From the NCBI GenBank assembly GCA_022605425.2, contig CM061248.1, positions 1,364,001 through 1,428,000 of the forward strand: a DNA stretch of 64,000 nucleotides, in the 5' to 3' direction. Both the position numbers and the translations under genes were made by a program. Within the stretch, counting starts at the first letter, position 1. Every line of letters begins with the position of its first letter. This DNA comes from Hamiltosporidium tvaerminnensis FI-OER-3-3 (Eukaryota; Fungi; Microsporidia). This document shows positions 36,900-51,299 of this stretch, piece after piece. The notes under the pieces are model-generated. The model was not told the origin of the DNA, made no database searches, and saw only the letters and a program-made list of their open reading frames with translations.

Positions 36900-38850
36900 A
36901 AGTAAAATAAAATTAATAGCTGTTTTTATTCCGATTTACTCTCCGATCAACCTTTTTGCTGCCCATTTTTCACCTTACTCTACATTTTACTTCCTTCTAG
37001 GTTCTTTTCTAACAATTGCAGCTTGAAAATGTATCTCAATATACCATACCACTACTGCAATCTGTCATATCCCTCGCCCTGCATTATTTCAGACCAACTA
37101 TTTTATATACATTACCCAGACTACGGAATCTCAATATCATAATTCCCATTAAAAGAAAAATTGCGAAACATACTAAAAAAATCTACTAAACTATATAAGT
37201 TAGAGTTTTCTTTATTATTTTTTTGGTTTGAGGTTACGTGGAAAGGCAAGTTTTACTTTCTCCGTGACAACCGATTCGAATTTACACATTAAATTTTTGT
37301 TAGTAAAACAGTTTTTTTTATTATTTTCCTTATTTTTATATAATTTAATTTTCTTTTAGCAACTTTAGATGATATTCTTATAAAACCGTTTTTCATTTAT
37401 TTTATCTACTATAGTTGAATTCACCTTATTTTTTTAAACTTTTTGGGGTGTAAAATTCCCTAACTTCACAAAAGGTATATTTTTACAAAAAGAAATCTAA
37501 ATATATTATTAGATTAATAATATTCCACGGAGAATTTTTAAATCTAAACTTCTATCTTTTCATAGTTACAGAATCTAAGAAAAAATATATTTTTAAAAAA
37601 GTAAATTTACAACCAAAATTAATTTTTATCTATAAAGATTTAACTAGGTAGAATAAGATTAGTTAGCAAAAATTAAAATTCCATTATTACTTAGGGAAGA
37701 ATTAGGGAAACTACTTTTTATAGGGAAGAACAAAGATGTTTTCGCACCATAGGGTAGAAAAAAATAGAAACCGTACTTTTAGATAAGAGAATTAATTATT
37801 TTTCTGAAATAATTTCTATTTTTTTTACCCAGAATTTTATTCAACAAGAATAAAAAAATTAGAGAGAAAGAAAATTAGCCAAGGAAAAAAAGATTGTAGT
37901 TAGCGGAGAAAGAATCGTTCGGCGAAAAAAGTTAGGAATTAAGTCAGGAGAGTAAATCTGTTTCTGATGAGTAGATCGGGCCAGCAAGTAAAAAAAAATA
38001 GTTTGGGAAAAAAGATAGTAGTTAGGGAAAATATTCTGATTCGGAAAAAGATTTAAGATAGCAAAAAAAAGGGTTATAAAGGAAGAAAATTTGTATGGGA
38101 AAAGAGAATTAGTTATAAAAACAGGTTGGGGAATGGTGTTTAGTTAAAGTGAAAAGGTTTGCTAAAGAAATAAAGTATTGGTTTTTAAAATGTAAAAAAT
38201 ACCAAGGAAAGTAGAAATCTGCAGAAAAGAACCGGCAGCAAGAAAATATCTAGTTGAAATCAATGGAGTCGGATAATTAATAGAATATTGTTTTAAAGAT
38301 ACAAAATTTCAAAAAAGAAAGTTATTTGAACCGAATAAATAAAATTACTTGAGAAAAAAATAATTGTCTGAGAGGAAGAGCAAGTTTATTGCAAAAAGAA
38401 TGTTAGGGCGGAAATAAATTAGTTGAGGAAAAAATAAATTTAAAAATAAAATGATTTGGTCAGGAAAATGATGAATATATTAGAAAATATAATTAAAATA
38501 TAAAGAAATTTAGGGGGGGTTTTTCTGCTATGTAGAAAAGAAGTTAGGGTAAAAAGAATCGAGGTAGGGAAATAATAATAGGGATGAAGAAAAATGTTTG
38601 GTTTGGGGACTAAAAATTAGGGTAGGGAAAACTTTTTTGGAGTGTATGAAATTAATTAGTTGAGTGAAAAAAATTTTTGCTATTTTTTAAAGCGTGTGGG
38701 GTTTGTAGAAATATTTGATTCTGCTTATGCTCCTAAAATATTGTAGAGCAGAGCAACACTTTAAAGATTTTGGTTAGGGGAACTATTTTGGTCTAATTAC
38801 AATTAAATTCTTTCTTTTATTAATATTCAGCTGCTTTTTAATTTTTTTTA
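36900..38850. repeat. TTAGGG-subrepeat element, copy B (direct, diverged copy of 32700-34720, offset ~4.25-4.3 kb)
   Basis: Centre GGGGTGTAAAATTCCCTAACTTC (37445) vs AGGGTATATATTTCCCTACTTTC (33188); inverted pair GATTTACTCTCC (36933) / GGAGAGTAAATC (37947). Confidence 0.6.
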
Positions 38851-39399
38851 ATTTTCATTTGGAAAATTCTTTTTTAAAACATAAATATTCTTGGTTCCAA
38901 AGTTCCAAGAGTAATTTTATCAGGAAAAAATTAAGAATTCCGCTAAATTCAAATTATTACACGTAAAAAATCATTTAATATTAGGAGTTTACTTTTTTTA
39001 AATTATAGATGAATAAACTCAATACTTGTTTGTTTATTGTTAAATTTATTTTAATAAAAAATGCTAAAAGCCTTGCATTTCGAAGCACTTTTATTTTTAT
39101 ATTCAAAAGTATGCCACTATTTTATTCATAAGAGTTTTCAATGTAAAAACCAATGTCTGCATTTTTTACTTACTTGTTTAAAGCAAGAAAATCATAAAAA
39201 ACTTTTAAAAAATGCGATTTCAAAAAGCATTTAAGGATATCTTCGTTTTATTTCTATTTATTGTATATTCGTACTAAAAGAAAAAATAAAATTTTCTATG
39301 GTTAAGTCAAAAAAAGACATTTTAATATAATTTGATAAGAATTAAAAGATTTGGAGCAAATCACAAAAACTAGCTTAGAAAAGCAAAATAAAAAAGTTA

Positions 39400-40720
39400 A
39401 TTTATTTGGAAAATGTAATAGCACTTAATACCATTCCAATTAAAAAGTTTTGATTCTAGTGACCTGGGTGGGCGAACTACTTGAGAAATATAGTAGAGAA
39501 AATAATATTTACCTAACCTGTAGCAGTGAAATACTTGAGAAAGTTAGTTTAGAAAAACATTAAAGAAATATAGGATTTGATTAACATTTCAATGCCTTTA
39601 CTTAAGTTCTGTAACATAGCTAGCAACAAAGTATGTAAAACCTTTAGAAAAATAAAACGAACACATTTATTTAAATAGAAATGTAAATATATAATAATCT
39701 ACACATATCCAAAATATTATAAAAGACATATTGTTTTAGATTGTGATCGAATTAAAGCACTTAAAAGCATACAATCAAAATTGTAAGATTTTGTAAATAA
39801 TAAATTGTGGTTGTTCGTAAAATGATTAAAGATTTTTTTGAATAGTGTTTTGATATAATTTTATTGTATAGAGTATATATTTTCAAATAACTTTTCTATC
39901 TAAATAGGCAGTGTTGTCCTAGTACTTGGCTCATTTCCTTAAAGTTCTTGTAAATACAATTGATGTTGCAGTTAAGATTATCTAAAAGCATTACAAAGTG
40001 ATTAAAATCATGCATTTCGAATTCTTTGATTTGTAAACAAGATTGATTCTGATTTAGGGCATCTATATTGAAGCAAGTATAGAATTATGCAAATATCTTA
40101 CATAAGTCTTTCTATAATCCAGCTAATTAGGATAGATACAGATGCAGCAAATATAGCTGCAAATATTACAGAGAATTGATATCTGTGAACGGTGGCATTT
40201 GTTATATTTGGCTTCCACTTCAGTATAGTCATAACTCTTGTAGTTTTAAAGATGAAGAACTTTTCCTATAGTGCATCCGATATTTCAAACATATTCTTGA
40301 AGCTAATCCGTAGAAGATGCTAAAAAATGAAAAATCTTCGCCTTTTTATACTTTTAAATTTTTTTACAATCAATGTCACTTGAATCAAATTTCATTTAAT
40401 TCGTTCAGTATCTTGATAGATATTCTTCCAAAGAAATCTATCTAATTACAATATGAGTTAGCTCAAGTCACAATTGTTAATTATACCATCCACTGTTTAC
40501 CCTTCTAAACCATTTTAATGTATAACAATACTTATTTAAATAATATTCTTGGCTTCTTTTAAATCATACTAAGATATTTTTATTAGTATATCCCTACATA
40601 TATAATTTTCTTCATATTCAATTTCATATCCGAATTTTTACATTGCATAAATTTAAATAAAAAAGAAAGAAATTATAAAAATAGCTGTAAAATGAATTAA
40701 TTTCGAACAATGTATTATCT
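39400..40720 (-). pseudogene. Decayed gene for a secreted hypothetical protein
   Basis: Hydrophobic N-terminal remnant (FFLFYLNLCNVKI) and an open protein-like stretch RYLHNSILASIDALNQNQSCLQIKEFEMHDFNHFVMLLDNLNCNINCIYKNFKEMSQVLGQHCLFR. Confidence 0.4.
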
Positions 40721-40949
40721 AAAAAAAATTTATTGTTTAATACGTATAGAGATATATTTAAAATAATTGCTACATGGAATCTTATATATTATTATTTACT
40801 AATTTAAAAAAAATTAAAATCTTTATTTGCTAAGGTGTATATCATTTAACTAAAGTTTTATTTTTAACAAAAGTACTAAAACCAGCAAAGCTTTGTATAA
40901 GCGAATATACATTCAGTAAAATTATATTTTTTTATTCTTTATTGTAACA

Positions 40950-43330
40950 TTGTCATTATGAGAAAAGGCACATTAGTTTTTAGATACCTTTCAATTAAAA
41001 TTAATATGTATTCTATTTTAACAAAAAGAAGTATATAGACTTATGAGTTTGGAATTTTTTTAACGCAAAAAGTACTAAAAAAATATACATTAAAAAATAT
41101 TTCTTCAAAACAGCATTACCTTTTAATTTTTACAAAATGTAAAATATGTTTAATCTTCTAACACAAACCAAACAATAATATAAGATAATATATAGTACAA
41201 AATTTGTATTGAGTCCAAACGGCTTACTTAAGTTTTAATAGCTCAAAACATTGATTTAGGATTTTGTAATAGGAAGAACACATTTTATCAAGAAGAAAAC
41301 AATTCAATCATAGAGCATACACTTCACTCATATATCATGAAGGAAAAATGAATTATCTTAACGTTTAAAAGAAATAGTCGATTAAATATACAAAAGTAAA
41401 GTTTTGTGGTGTAGAGTAATTAAAATCTATTAATTTTTAAAATCATAACTTATAAACTCCATTATATTAATTTATCTTTTTCTTTATTATATACAACTTT
41501 ACCTCGAATCTTTTCAAATAGGCAAATGCGTCCCATAATTGAGCTCTTTGCCTTCGCGTTATTGTAATTCCAGTTAATGATATTGTGTATTTATGTACCA
41601 ATATATTATGAGTGAATTCATTAAATTATTTAGTTAATTTTGACCTTAAACAAGATCAGATGAGTTCTTTGAGATTACCCTTTAAACAATGGTAACATAT
41701 GTAAATAACCTTAGATATGCCATTCCATAATCCGAATCAGCTTGGATAGTTTGAAATATTATATTAAAGGTGCTAATATTCTAGTAAAAATATTTTAGTT
41801 GGTTGTAGCTAAATTCTATTGCTTCTAAATTAGTTTTAATCTTGATTCATATAAGGAAGAATCGAAAGTTTCAAAATTAAAAAGTAGTAATTTACTTGTA
41901 AAAGATGCCACAACATTTAGAACTGAAGCTCATTTATAGTTTTAGTGATTTTTAATACCCAAGTATCTTTATTTTTACGTTTTAATTGGAAAAATAATAC
42001 TTTCGATATAATTAGCTATAAATCGACAAACAAGATCATCGAAATTTTATTTGTTAAATTATAATACACGACTTATTGAGTAAAAAAAATATGTTTTTTC
42101 AATCTTTTCATTTAATGTCCTCTTATAAATATATCTAGATATAAAAATGTTATCAATATCTTATGATTTCATTAATATAAGTATTTCTTTATTATGTAAA
42201 GAGTTGTTCGTAGCTGTAAAGCTATAAAAAATATATATTAAAAAAATGTGGTGTAAAATTAAGTTTATACTAAACTATATATTGATCATTCAATCTATCT
42301 TTATACAAAATAAAATATTATCAAAATTATTTTTTAGTTGAATTGTTTTTTTGAGTGAATCCGTATTGCTACAGTGAAAGTTAAAGATCAAAAAAACCCA
42401 AATAGCAGATATCCGAACAATTTAAAACATAGTTGTTAAAATTGTATTTAAACTAGGTAGATAATTCAAAAGCATTCAAATGTACGAATAATTAATGTAA
42501 AATCATTCAGAAAAATGTAGTTTTAAAATAAAAGTAATATAAATAAAATAAAGTTATTAGTTCAAGACATTTTAGTATACTATCCTATTTAGTTAAAGTT
42601 AATTCTTTAGCACTTTGCAGTAAGATAGTATATAATTCTAATAAAGAGAGGTTACAAATTAAAAAAATTTAATACATTTATGAATATAACAATTTAAGTT
42701 AGTTCACTCTGGCTATATATTATAAAACGAAATATTTATTTATATGATATATTGAGATGAATGAAATATTAAGATCTACTGCCTATAAATTGTATTACAC
42801 ATAATAAATTAATCTCTTTATAAATCTATAAAATTCAATCCATTTCACAAAAGGTAATAATATTAATTTTCTCATTAATTCGATTAAAATTTTTATACAT
42901 GATATTAAAATATCTTTCACATATACATCTTTCTTTCAAATAGATTTATATTTTTTTTAAGTAACATAAACAATACATTTATAATAGATACCTGGAATTT
43001 CAATCAATTTTATAAAAGGTAAATAATATGAGGTTATATAGAAATCGAAAGTTATCTATAAATTATATATGATTAACGTTTCTAACAATATACTGAGAGC
43101 TTTTTCAAACGATTTCATAAAATTTAATACGGCCATATTAAAGTATAACACAGCGTATTATGACCAAGATAAAAAAGTCTTATTTTGAGATATTGAGTAA
43201 AGGTTTTAATAGTCCAAATATCCTAAATGAAGATAAAATAGCATTCAATACCTTACACTTAAAAACTTCAGATTATGGTAAATTTATAACCTTATTAGAC
43301 TTAACACCTTAAAATCATATAATAAGAGAA
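40950..43330 (+). pseudogene. Decayed multigene-family member, copy 2 (~2.4 kb)
   Basis: Colinear with 61750-64000 throughout, e.g. RIFSNRQMRPIIELFAFALL*FQLM vs QVFLNRPLCPMIKLFKIVLLQLELM and MINVSNNILRAFSNDFIKFNTAI vs MINVSNNILRAFQNELTKFNPAI. Confidence 0.7.
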
Positions 43331-43729
43331 AATACTTTAGAATATATTCAAATGTAACATATTAATATGATAAAACGAATTTTTAGAATAATGAATATAA
43401 AATTGACATAAAATTTACAAAAATTCCATAAAAATGAATAACATAATACTTTATTTAGGAAAAAATAGTACTTTATTAAAAGAGCTTAAACATTATAATA
43501 ACCAGAACTGTTTTATTTGTAGAAAACTGGTTACACAAGTGACTATTTAACTTAGCAAATAAATAACAAAAGAATGATCAAAAAAAATGTAACTACATTT
43601 AAAAAGTAGATTAAGGGTAAGCAAAATGAATTTAAGTAAAACAAGTATGTACAACAAGAAATTTTAAATGTAGTAAAAAGAAGAAAAATAATTACAAAAA
43701 CATAAAATATATCAGTTAAAAAAACTTAA

Positions 43730-46700
43730 AAAGGAAACGAATCTAAATAAAATTTAAAAAATAAACAAGTATAAAAATTTAAAGCAAAAATGGCAGATTT
43801 AATTAAAAAAAACCATATTTCATAATTATAAAGATTTCCGGTTTTTCTCGGGATTTTTCATATATATAATCTTATTTGTTTTTATATTTTCTTTTCATAT
43901 TTTAGAATCTTCAATTCGACTATAAGTACCTATATCGACTAAAAACGATAATTTTTGAGTACAGAAATTTACAAAAAGCACCTAGAAATTTTATTATACA
44001 TACAATATCTAATTATTAAAGAATTATTCATTATATTCAAAGTAATTTTCGGTATTAAAACATATATCTTGTAAAATATTTTCAAAAATTTTGGAATAGC
44101 CTACACACTATATACGAGATAAGATGTACACAATGAAAAAAAAATATTTATGAAATAATGTTCTTAAAAACGGGAAAAGTTTATTAACAACCTCAATATT
44201 GTTTCCTTATTAGATAATTTCTTGTATTTTTGCTGTTTTTTGACTATTTAAAAATTTTATTTTGTCATCGATAATTCTCGATTTGTTTCATATACTATAT
44301 ACAAATATATCACGAAAAAAATCAAAAAAAATTGTAATGAAGATTGCATGACCAAATTTTATAATAATAAACAGTCATATTTTTATAAGCATATTAGTAG
44401 AATTTGTATCAATTTCTGAGCATTAAATAGTATTTCTTTTTTACACAGTATTTTAAAAATTTTAAAATCTTCAACTCTGATACATTTAACTCTATTAAAC
44501 AAAATAGAAAAAATCAAGCAATAAAAAAAGCTGATAAAAATGACTAAATTTATTCTTAACTATAAATAAATTTTTTTACTAAACATCTGATGTATCTATA
44601 CCAATTTTTATTCAACGAAACATCTATTTTTTTAATTATATTTTTTTCCATTTTTCATATCATTCTAACGACTATACATAAAACAAATCGAAAAAATCAA
44701 TTCATTCGAATTTAATAGAAAGATATCCTGTAAATTTAAATGAAAGAGAAATATTCTGTTACACTATTCAGAATTTGATAGTTGCGATATTTTCGTAATA
44801 TAATTCTTAAATTTTTTTTAAGAAGATTTTCACCTTTTTTTAAATTTCTTCATTCACAATATACTATGTAGTTTGACAAATTCGAAAAAATTAATTTAGA
44901 AATTTACTTTCAGAACATCAGAGCTTATTCAGAAGCAACCTTTTAGAGTATTGTAAGACTCCTCTATAGATTAATTAAAATTTGTGCATTGAATATATAT
45001 TTTTTCGTTGATGTTTTTTCAATTTTCAAACGCGACATATTTATAGGTATATATGCCTAAAAAATTCAAAAAATTGAAAATTGAAACAAACACACGAAAT
45101 GACTTAATATTATCATAAAGCATAATCTAAGTATATAGACGTATTTTTTAAAATATTTAGAGCGTTATAATTATTTTAAGGTTTATTTGGGCAACTTGAA
45201 TTTTTCATAATTCTTAAATTTCTTCATACACATATAAAAGATATACTAAGCAACATTGCAAAAATAAGTAATAAAAATTTATAAGAAAAACTGCTATATT
45301 TTAGAGTAAACATAAAAATAAAATTATTAAAAGCACATTTGATGTATTTTTATTAATTCCTATGCATTGAAGCGTTTATTTTTTAAGAACAGCTTTTTTA
45401 TATTTTATAAATCGTATATACGACTGTACGAAAACTGATTAAGTAAATCAAAAAAATTAATAAATTGACCAAATTTTTGATGATCTGATTCGGAACTTTA
45501 TAAATCTATATGGAATGTTTTTACATTCTTTAGGTAAAATAAATCATATATTTTTTTAGTTTATTTTTAGAATCTTGCAATGGTTTATACAACTATATTG
45601 AAACTAATCTAACAGAATTAAAAAATATAGGTAAATCAAATACAAATTTAAGAATAAATATATTAGGTTAAGAATCTACCTGGTAGTGTTTTGAATCATT
45701 CTTATTTAAATAAACATAATATTTTTTTATTTTAAATTTGTGATAACTTTTAAATAATTGAATATAGTATATATAAATATAACAAATGACTTTAAAAAAT
45801 TCAGTCTAAAAGTTACATAGAATATTAGAAAATTTAACATTAACATAACATTAATGATATCTTAAGAACATTTGTTATATGTGTTCTTTGAGATTATAAC
45901 TAATATTTTTTTTCTGAATTTTCTTTTCTAATTTAAAATCGTTTCCTACAGTATATAGAAAATATTATCGAAAAAAAATATGAAAATTTGGAAAATGGAA
46001 TTACGCAGAAACATTCCTAAATCTTTCCTAAAATTTAATTATATTAGATTATTATAAGAAGTTCTGTATAATTTTCAAAGAATTTTTATCATTCAAGATT
46101 TTCTTTTTTTTCCTGATATTTTCATCATCTCGAATCGTCAATACGACTATATAGAAATTATATCGAAAAATTACTAAAAATTAGTTAAAAAACTTACATT
46201 ACAAACACATAATTTCATATTAAACGATCTTTTTAAGTTATTTTAAGAATTTTTAAGCCATTTTAGGTGATTATTAACCATTTAATATTATATATTTCAT
46301 TTATTTTTTTATTAAATTTCCGAGTTTTTAATACTACTATAGAAAAATATTTGAACCACTTTAAAAAAATTAGGTAATAAAAATCCGATAAATCATGAAT
46401 AAATTCCATTATAAACAATCCTATTTCATTATTAATAACAGATTTGAAGTATTTTAATAAATTCTTAAGTATTTAATCGAATATATTTTTTAAAATTTTT
46501 TTTATTGCTTCATAACTGTATACAGCAAATATATCGAATAAAATCGTAAAAAATTAGGTAATAAAAACTTGATAAAACATAGCTATATTTAATTATAAAA
46601 AAGGCATGAAATATTGTTAAAAACCTATCTGATCTATTTACAACAATTTTAAAGTATTAGATCTTATATCTTTCGAGTCCAAGTTCTTCAAGATTTCTAA

Positions 46701-47000
46701 AGTGTTTCATATACTATATAAAAATATATTGAACAAAATTAAAAAAAAAATAAGATAACAAAAAATAATAGAAAACATTACCAAATTCTATTCAAAGTAT
46801 AAAATAAAAACATGTAATAATTAGCTCAGAAATTTTAGGTGAATTTATCCAAAAAAATATCTGAGTAAAAATATTTTTTTTTTACATTTTTAGAATTAGG
46901 ATACGACTATACAAAAACTAATATCTAAAAAAATGGATACTAAATAAACGAAAAACATTAAGAACTCATTAAAACTTTTAGTTAAATTATATTATGAACC
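43730..47000. repeat. Degenerate tandem array, ~187-bp period, ~17 units
   Basis: Anchor motif ~TTCATACGACTATAxAxAAATATATCGAAAAAA recurs at about 43915, 44103, 44290, (44475), 44668, 44860, 45033, 45227, 45419, 45588, 45765, 45947, 46142, 46332, 46512, 46710 and 46902. Confidence 0.75.
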
Positions 47001-50000
47001 TTTAATATACTTTCTATGGATTTGAGATTTTTAAATAAATATAAGGTTATAGACTTTTTTAAAATTTTATTCGTTGATAATAAAATAGCAAACTGAATTA
47101 TATATATTCGAAAACAAAAAAAACCCAAATTTAGAAGAAACAAATAGAATTTTAAATGCACCATTCTTTACACTTTGTTTTTAACTAAAATTCTACCATT
47201 TGCAAGTACTAAATAGTGCTATGATAATTTTTTTGCACTCTATTTTTTTAATATTCAAATCTTTTTTTCGAGTAAAAAAAAAATTTATAATAACAATTTA
47301 AATGATATTGACTGGTTTTAAAGCAAAATTTCGTATATAAAATACCTACCTATGTTTTAATAGTTTAGTGTATGATTTTTAGTTAGTTAATTATATAAAG
47401 GTATATTATTATTAGGAAATTAAAGAGAATGAGGCGTAAAAGAATATTTTAAATAAAGAGTAGGAAATAACTGTTTTGTATGTTTATAGTATGACTGATA
47501 ATTGCATAATTTTTTTAATTATAGATATAATTGTGTTCTAGTGACAAATATAGCGGAAAAATTTAGGCATAGTTTATTTTGTTTTTGTGGTTACTGAGTT
47601 TATCACAGAAATAGTAATGATATATAATAGAGATAAATGCGAAAAAGTTATGGGAATATGATCAATATTTTACTTCATTAGAAGCAACCGGAATCTATTA
47701 GTTAGACCATATTTGATGACACAAAAATATCTTTAACATAATTATATATATGAAAAAACGGTAAGAAACAGATATAGACGAACATACACGCTGGAATTCA
47801 GTAAATTTTCAAAAGAACACATTTTTTAAAACTATTTTTTTGAGCATGTTTTCTATAAACGAACATACATTTGAAACAATAAACCAGGTTAAAATGCTGC
47901 AAATGCAAACAAATAAATACTCAGAATTTTCAAATCTTAACTTTAGCAAAGTATTATAGTATGTCGTTGGTTGGATAATAGTTTTACTTAAAGATTTTAT
48001 AGGTATATTTATAAATTTCGATTTTTTTTGGAATGTAATACTAAGGATGTATCAATGATCGGGTTAAAATACTTAATTACATTAATGTAAGTGATGATGC
48101 ATCTTTTATTTTAAAATTTAACGTTTTATAACATTCAAAATCAGTTTCTGAAATATCAGAAAGTATATTTTGTGGTGAAAGATACTTTCTTGCACAATGC
48201 TTTGTGAAAGTTTTAAAAAAACGAGAATTGGAGTCTGAATTGAAACTCGAATTTATTGTATAAGAAAATTCAAAGTGAAAAAATTTAATGCTAATTTATT
48301 TTTTTAGATGGCCTATAAAATTCTTTTGTACCAATGGAAAACTTTAAACGAGTAATCTATATATATTATATATTTCAAAACAAGTATATCAAATATTCTA
48401 GTTTTATTAGAAATAATGAAATGAAATTCGATACATATATTATGAGCATTTGGTACTTGCGTAAATAGCTAATTTAGCACGAAAAGAATGTAAGTTACTG
48501 CTCATATTTGCTAGTAGAAATTCTTATATTAAATTCTGTAAATATTCTAGCGATTTTTTAATATTTTTTTATTTTGTTGATATACATATTATGCCAATTA
48601 AAAGTTTTTTTTATCAATGTAGATGTTACGTCTTAAATTGGGTGATGAATTAAAAAACGTACGCTCTGATGTTCTATTTCACAACCGGCTTTAATTTAAT
48701 CTTCTTTTCTAATCTTGTTCACAGTTTAATTTTTTTCTAAATTTAAATATAATTATCTTTTATCTCTTCGTTTTAACTTTATACTTGATATTTATGTTTT
48801 GTGGTCGCATGCTTGTTTGTATTGTTTGTATAACTTTATGTGTCTTTTCCAATTTTATATGAGAATTCGCTTATACACCGTCGATTTGATCTAAGCATAT
48901 ATCACAGTTCACTTATATTTATAAATATATCGCTGTTTACTTATATATAATTTCAGCTATGGTAGTTTCCCGTGGTACATTTTATAGTATTTAATGATGT
49001 CCATAGGCATCACATAAGAAATTAAATCATACTATATTTCTTTAAATTCTATTTATTACTGTTTGCGAAGAGTATTAAAAAAAATTTCGACCCTAATAAG
49101 TTAATATGAATTGATGTATTACTAAAAGGTAAATGACTGGTCAAAATTAAAGGTTTTATTGTATTGAAAGACTTTTAAAATATTAAATTACAGTTTAGAT
49201 GATGTTTATGGCGTGCAATGCAAATATTTACAATTGAAATCTTTTAAAGTAGTTAAAAATTTCAGGTAAAATAAATTAGATTCTAGTAAATTTTTATTTA
49301 TAGAATTTGTATGCTAAGTCGAAAATTTGAAGCCTTTTTTAGGATTGAAAAGGTATTCATGATTTAGAAATGAAGAACCTTGATAAGAAAAAAAACATTA
49401 TTACTCAAAGCTAATAATATGGAATAAATAAAAACCGAAAAAGAAAACTTCTCAAATTAAAAAAACTGCTATGTTTATATTTTCTGAGCTTAATTTTGGT
49501 TTTTTTCTTCACATACAATTAAAAAATACAGGGAAGATGTTAAGAACCTATAGATCACAATTATCTCATTTATATTGATTATTAAATAGGAATTTCTAGA
49601 TATCTTAAATAAAACCTTTTGATTTGCTAGATAAGAGAAGCTAATCCAATTTTTAAAGTAGAAATTGGGAAAATAGTGAAAATACCAAATGAATTATTTG
49701 TTATACCTTTTCTCGCTAGGCTTAACAAATATCTATTACAATTATTAAATTTTGAATCATTAAAAATGTTTAAACACCTACTATCGAATTTATCTAAATT
49801 TAAGCCGAAATCAAACTATTGTGAATATATTTAAAATATTTTTGCTATAAGTATACTAGTACTTTAGTCAGATAAAAATAACTAAGAATATGAATTTAGG
49901 GTAAATCGTTCACGTATTAAATACAATATTCTCAGATTGAATTAGAAAAAAGTATAAGAATTATTTAAAACAGTGTCTTTAGAATATTACAAATTTATTA

Positions 50001-51299
50001 GATTTAAAAAAGACTGTCGTATCGATCTTCAGGCGCGAATTTTTAAAGTTTTGTTTATATAGGTAAATGAACTAGATAATCCCACGTTTTATATAAAACC
50101 CACTAGAAGAATAGACTAAATGTTCAGAGAAGAAATGAACAACAACTAATATGCACGGTTTTGAGTACATACTTCTTATTTAATTACATCCGATGATTAT
50201 TCTTTTGAAGATTCTGCTTTGACATAGAATTTTATCTAGTAAACAAGAACTTAATCTATGTTTATAGAAAAAAAATTTCACGGCAAGACAGCAACCAAAT
50301 TTTTTTACCAATATATTTTTTCTTCAAACTATAAGCGTTCCATCTACATTTTTCTACCATTATAAATGAATTTCGATTGTATAATTTAGATATCTTGTTA
50401 AAATTTTGTTCCATGCTTTAACATTTTTTACTGAGACTGTAATATGCGATTCTCTATGTAAATAAGTAAGAAAATCCAATGAAAAAAACTATTTTATCTA
50501 AAAAGTTAATATATTTTGATTTCTAAATTCAAAATAATTTTAAAACTAAAAACGTTATGTATTTTAGATTACCTCTCCTCTGCTTAAGTAAAATCGAATA
50601 CCTTTTGATTTTAGATTAAATTAAGAGGTAGTATCTTAAATTTAGATCAAGATTCTTTTAACCTTTTAATATTTGATTTTTATAACTGAAATTCGAATTT
50701 TTGTAAAAATATGTTAACATATAAAAAATTCAACCAAAATAAATTTTTATCAATTAGAAATTATTTCAAATTAGATATAGATCCAAAAAAACGATAATAT
50801 TTTGACAATTGCAAATTTTATATTTAAAAAAAGATTGATGTACATTATGATATATTTCTATAATATTGGCTGATTATTTTCCTGGATTTGAAATACACTT
50901 AATTATTCAGACAATATCTTAGAAAGAGAACTTATAAAAAAATTTAGAATAAAAAATATAAAAATTCGTTTATAGTTAACCAAGAAAAACCCGTCAAGAG
51001 TTTGACTTTTCTTAAACTTTTGAGTTTATGTCAACATAAGTTATCTCAATAATGACTTAAAAAAATTACTTAACACATTTGTATAGTCACCACTATTTCT
51101 GGAAAGGTAAAAGGTAATTCTTTTAATTTTTTTTAAAAATATTTTGTAATTTATTTTTTGAAAATTTGTACCCTAAATATTTTGCTATGAACAGATTTCT
51201 CACTTCAAAGGAATATAAAGAAAATAAAACAAGTGTTATCGACAGAAAAACGAAACATATTATTTTGAATCACAGAGGTACAGGAGCAACAGGAAGAAA

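Noticed and set aside
43730-47000. CRISPR-like repeat-spacer array
   Set aside because: Repeats are highly degenerate, inter-anchor sequences are homologous rather than unique, the period is too long, there are no cas genes, and the context is eukaryotic.
48300-49100. Minus-strand fragments vaguely like protein-kinase motifs
   Set aside because: Too degenerate; invariant residues are missing.
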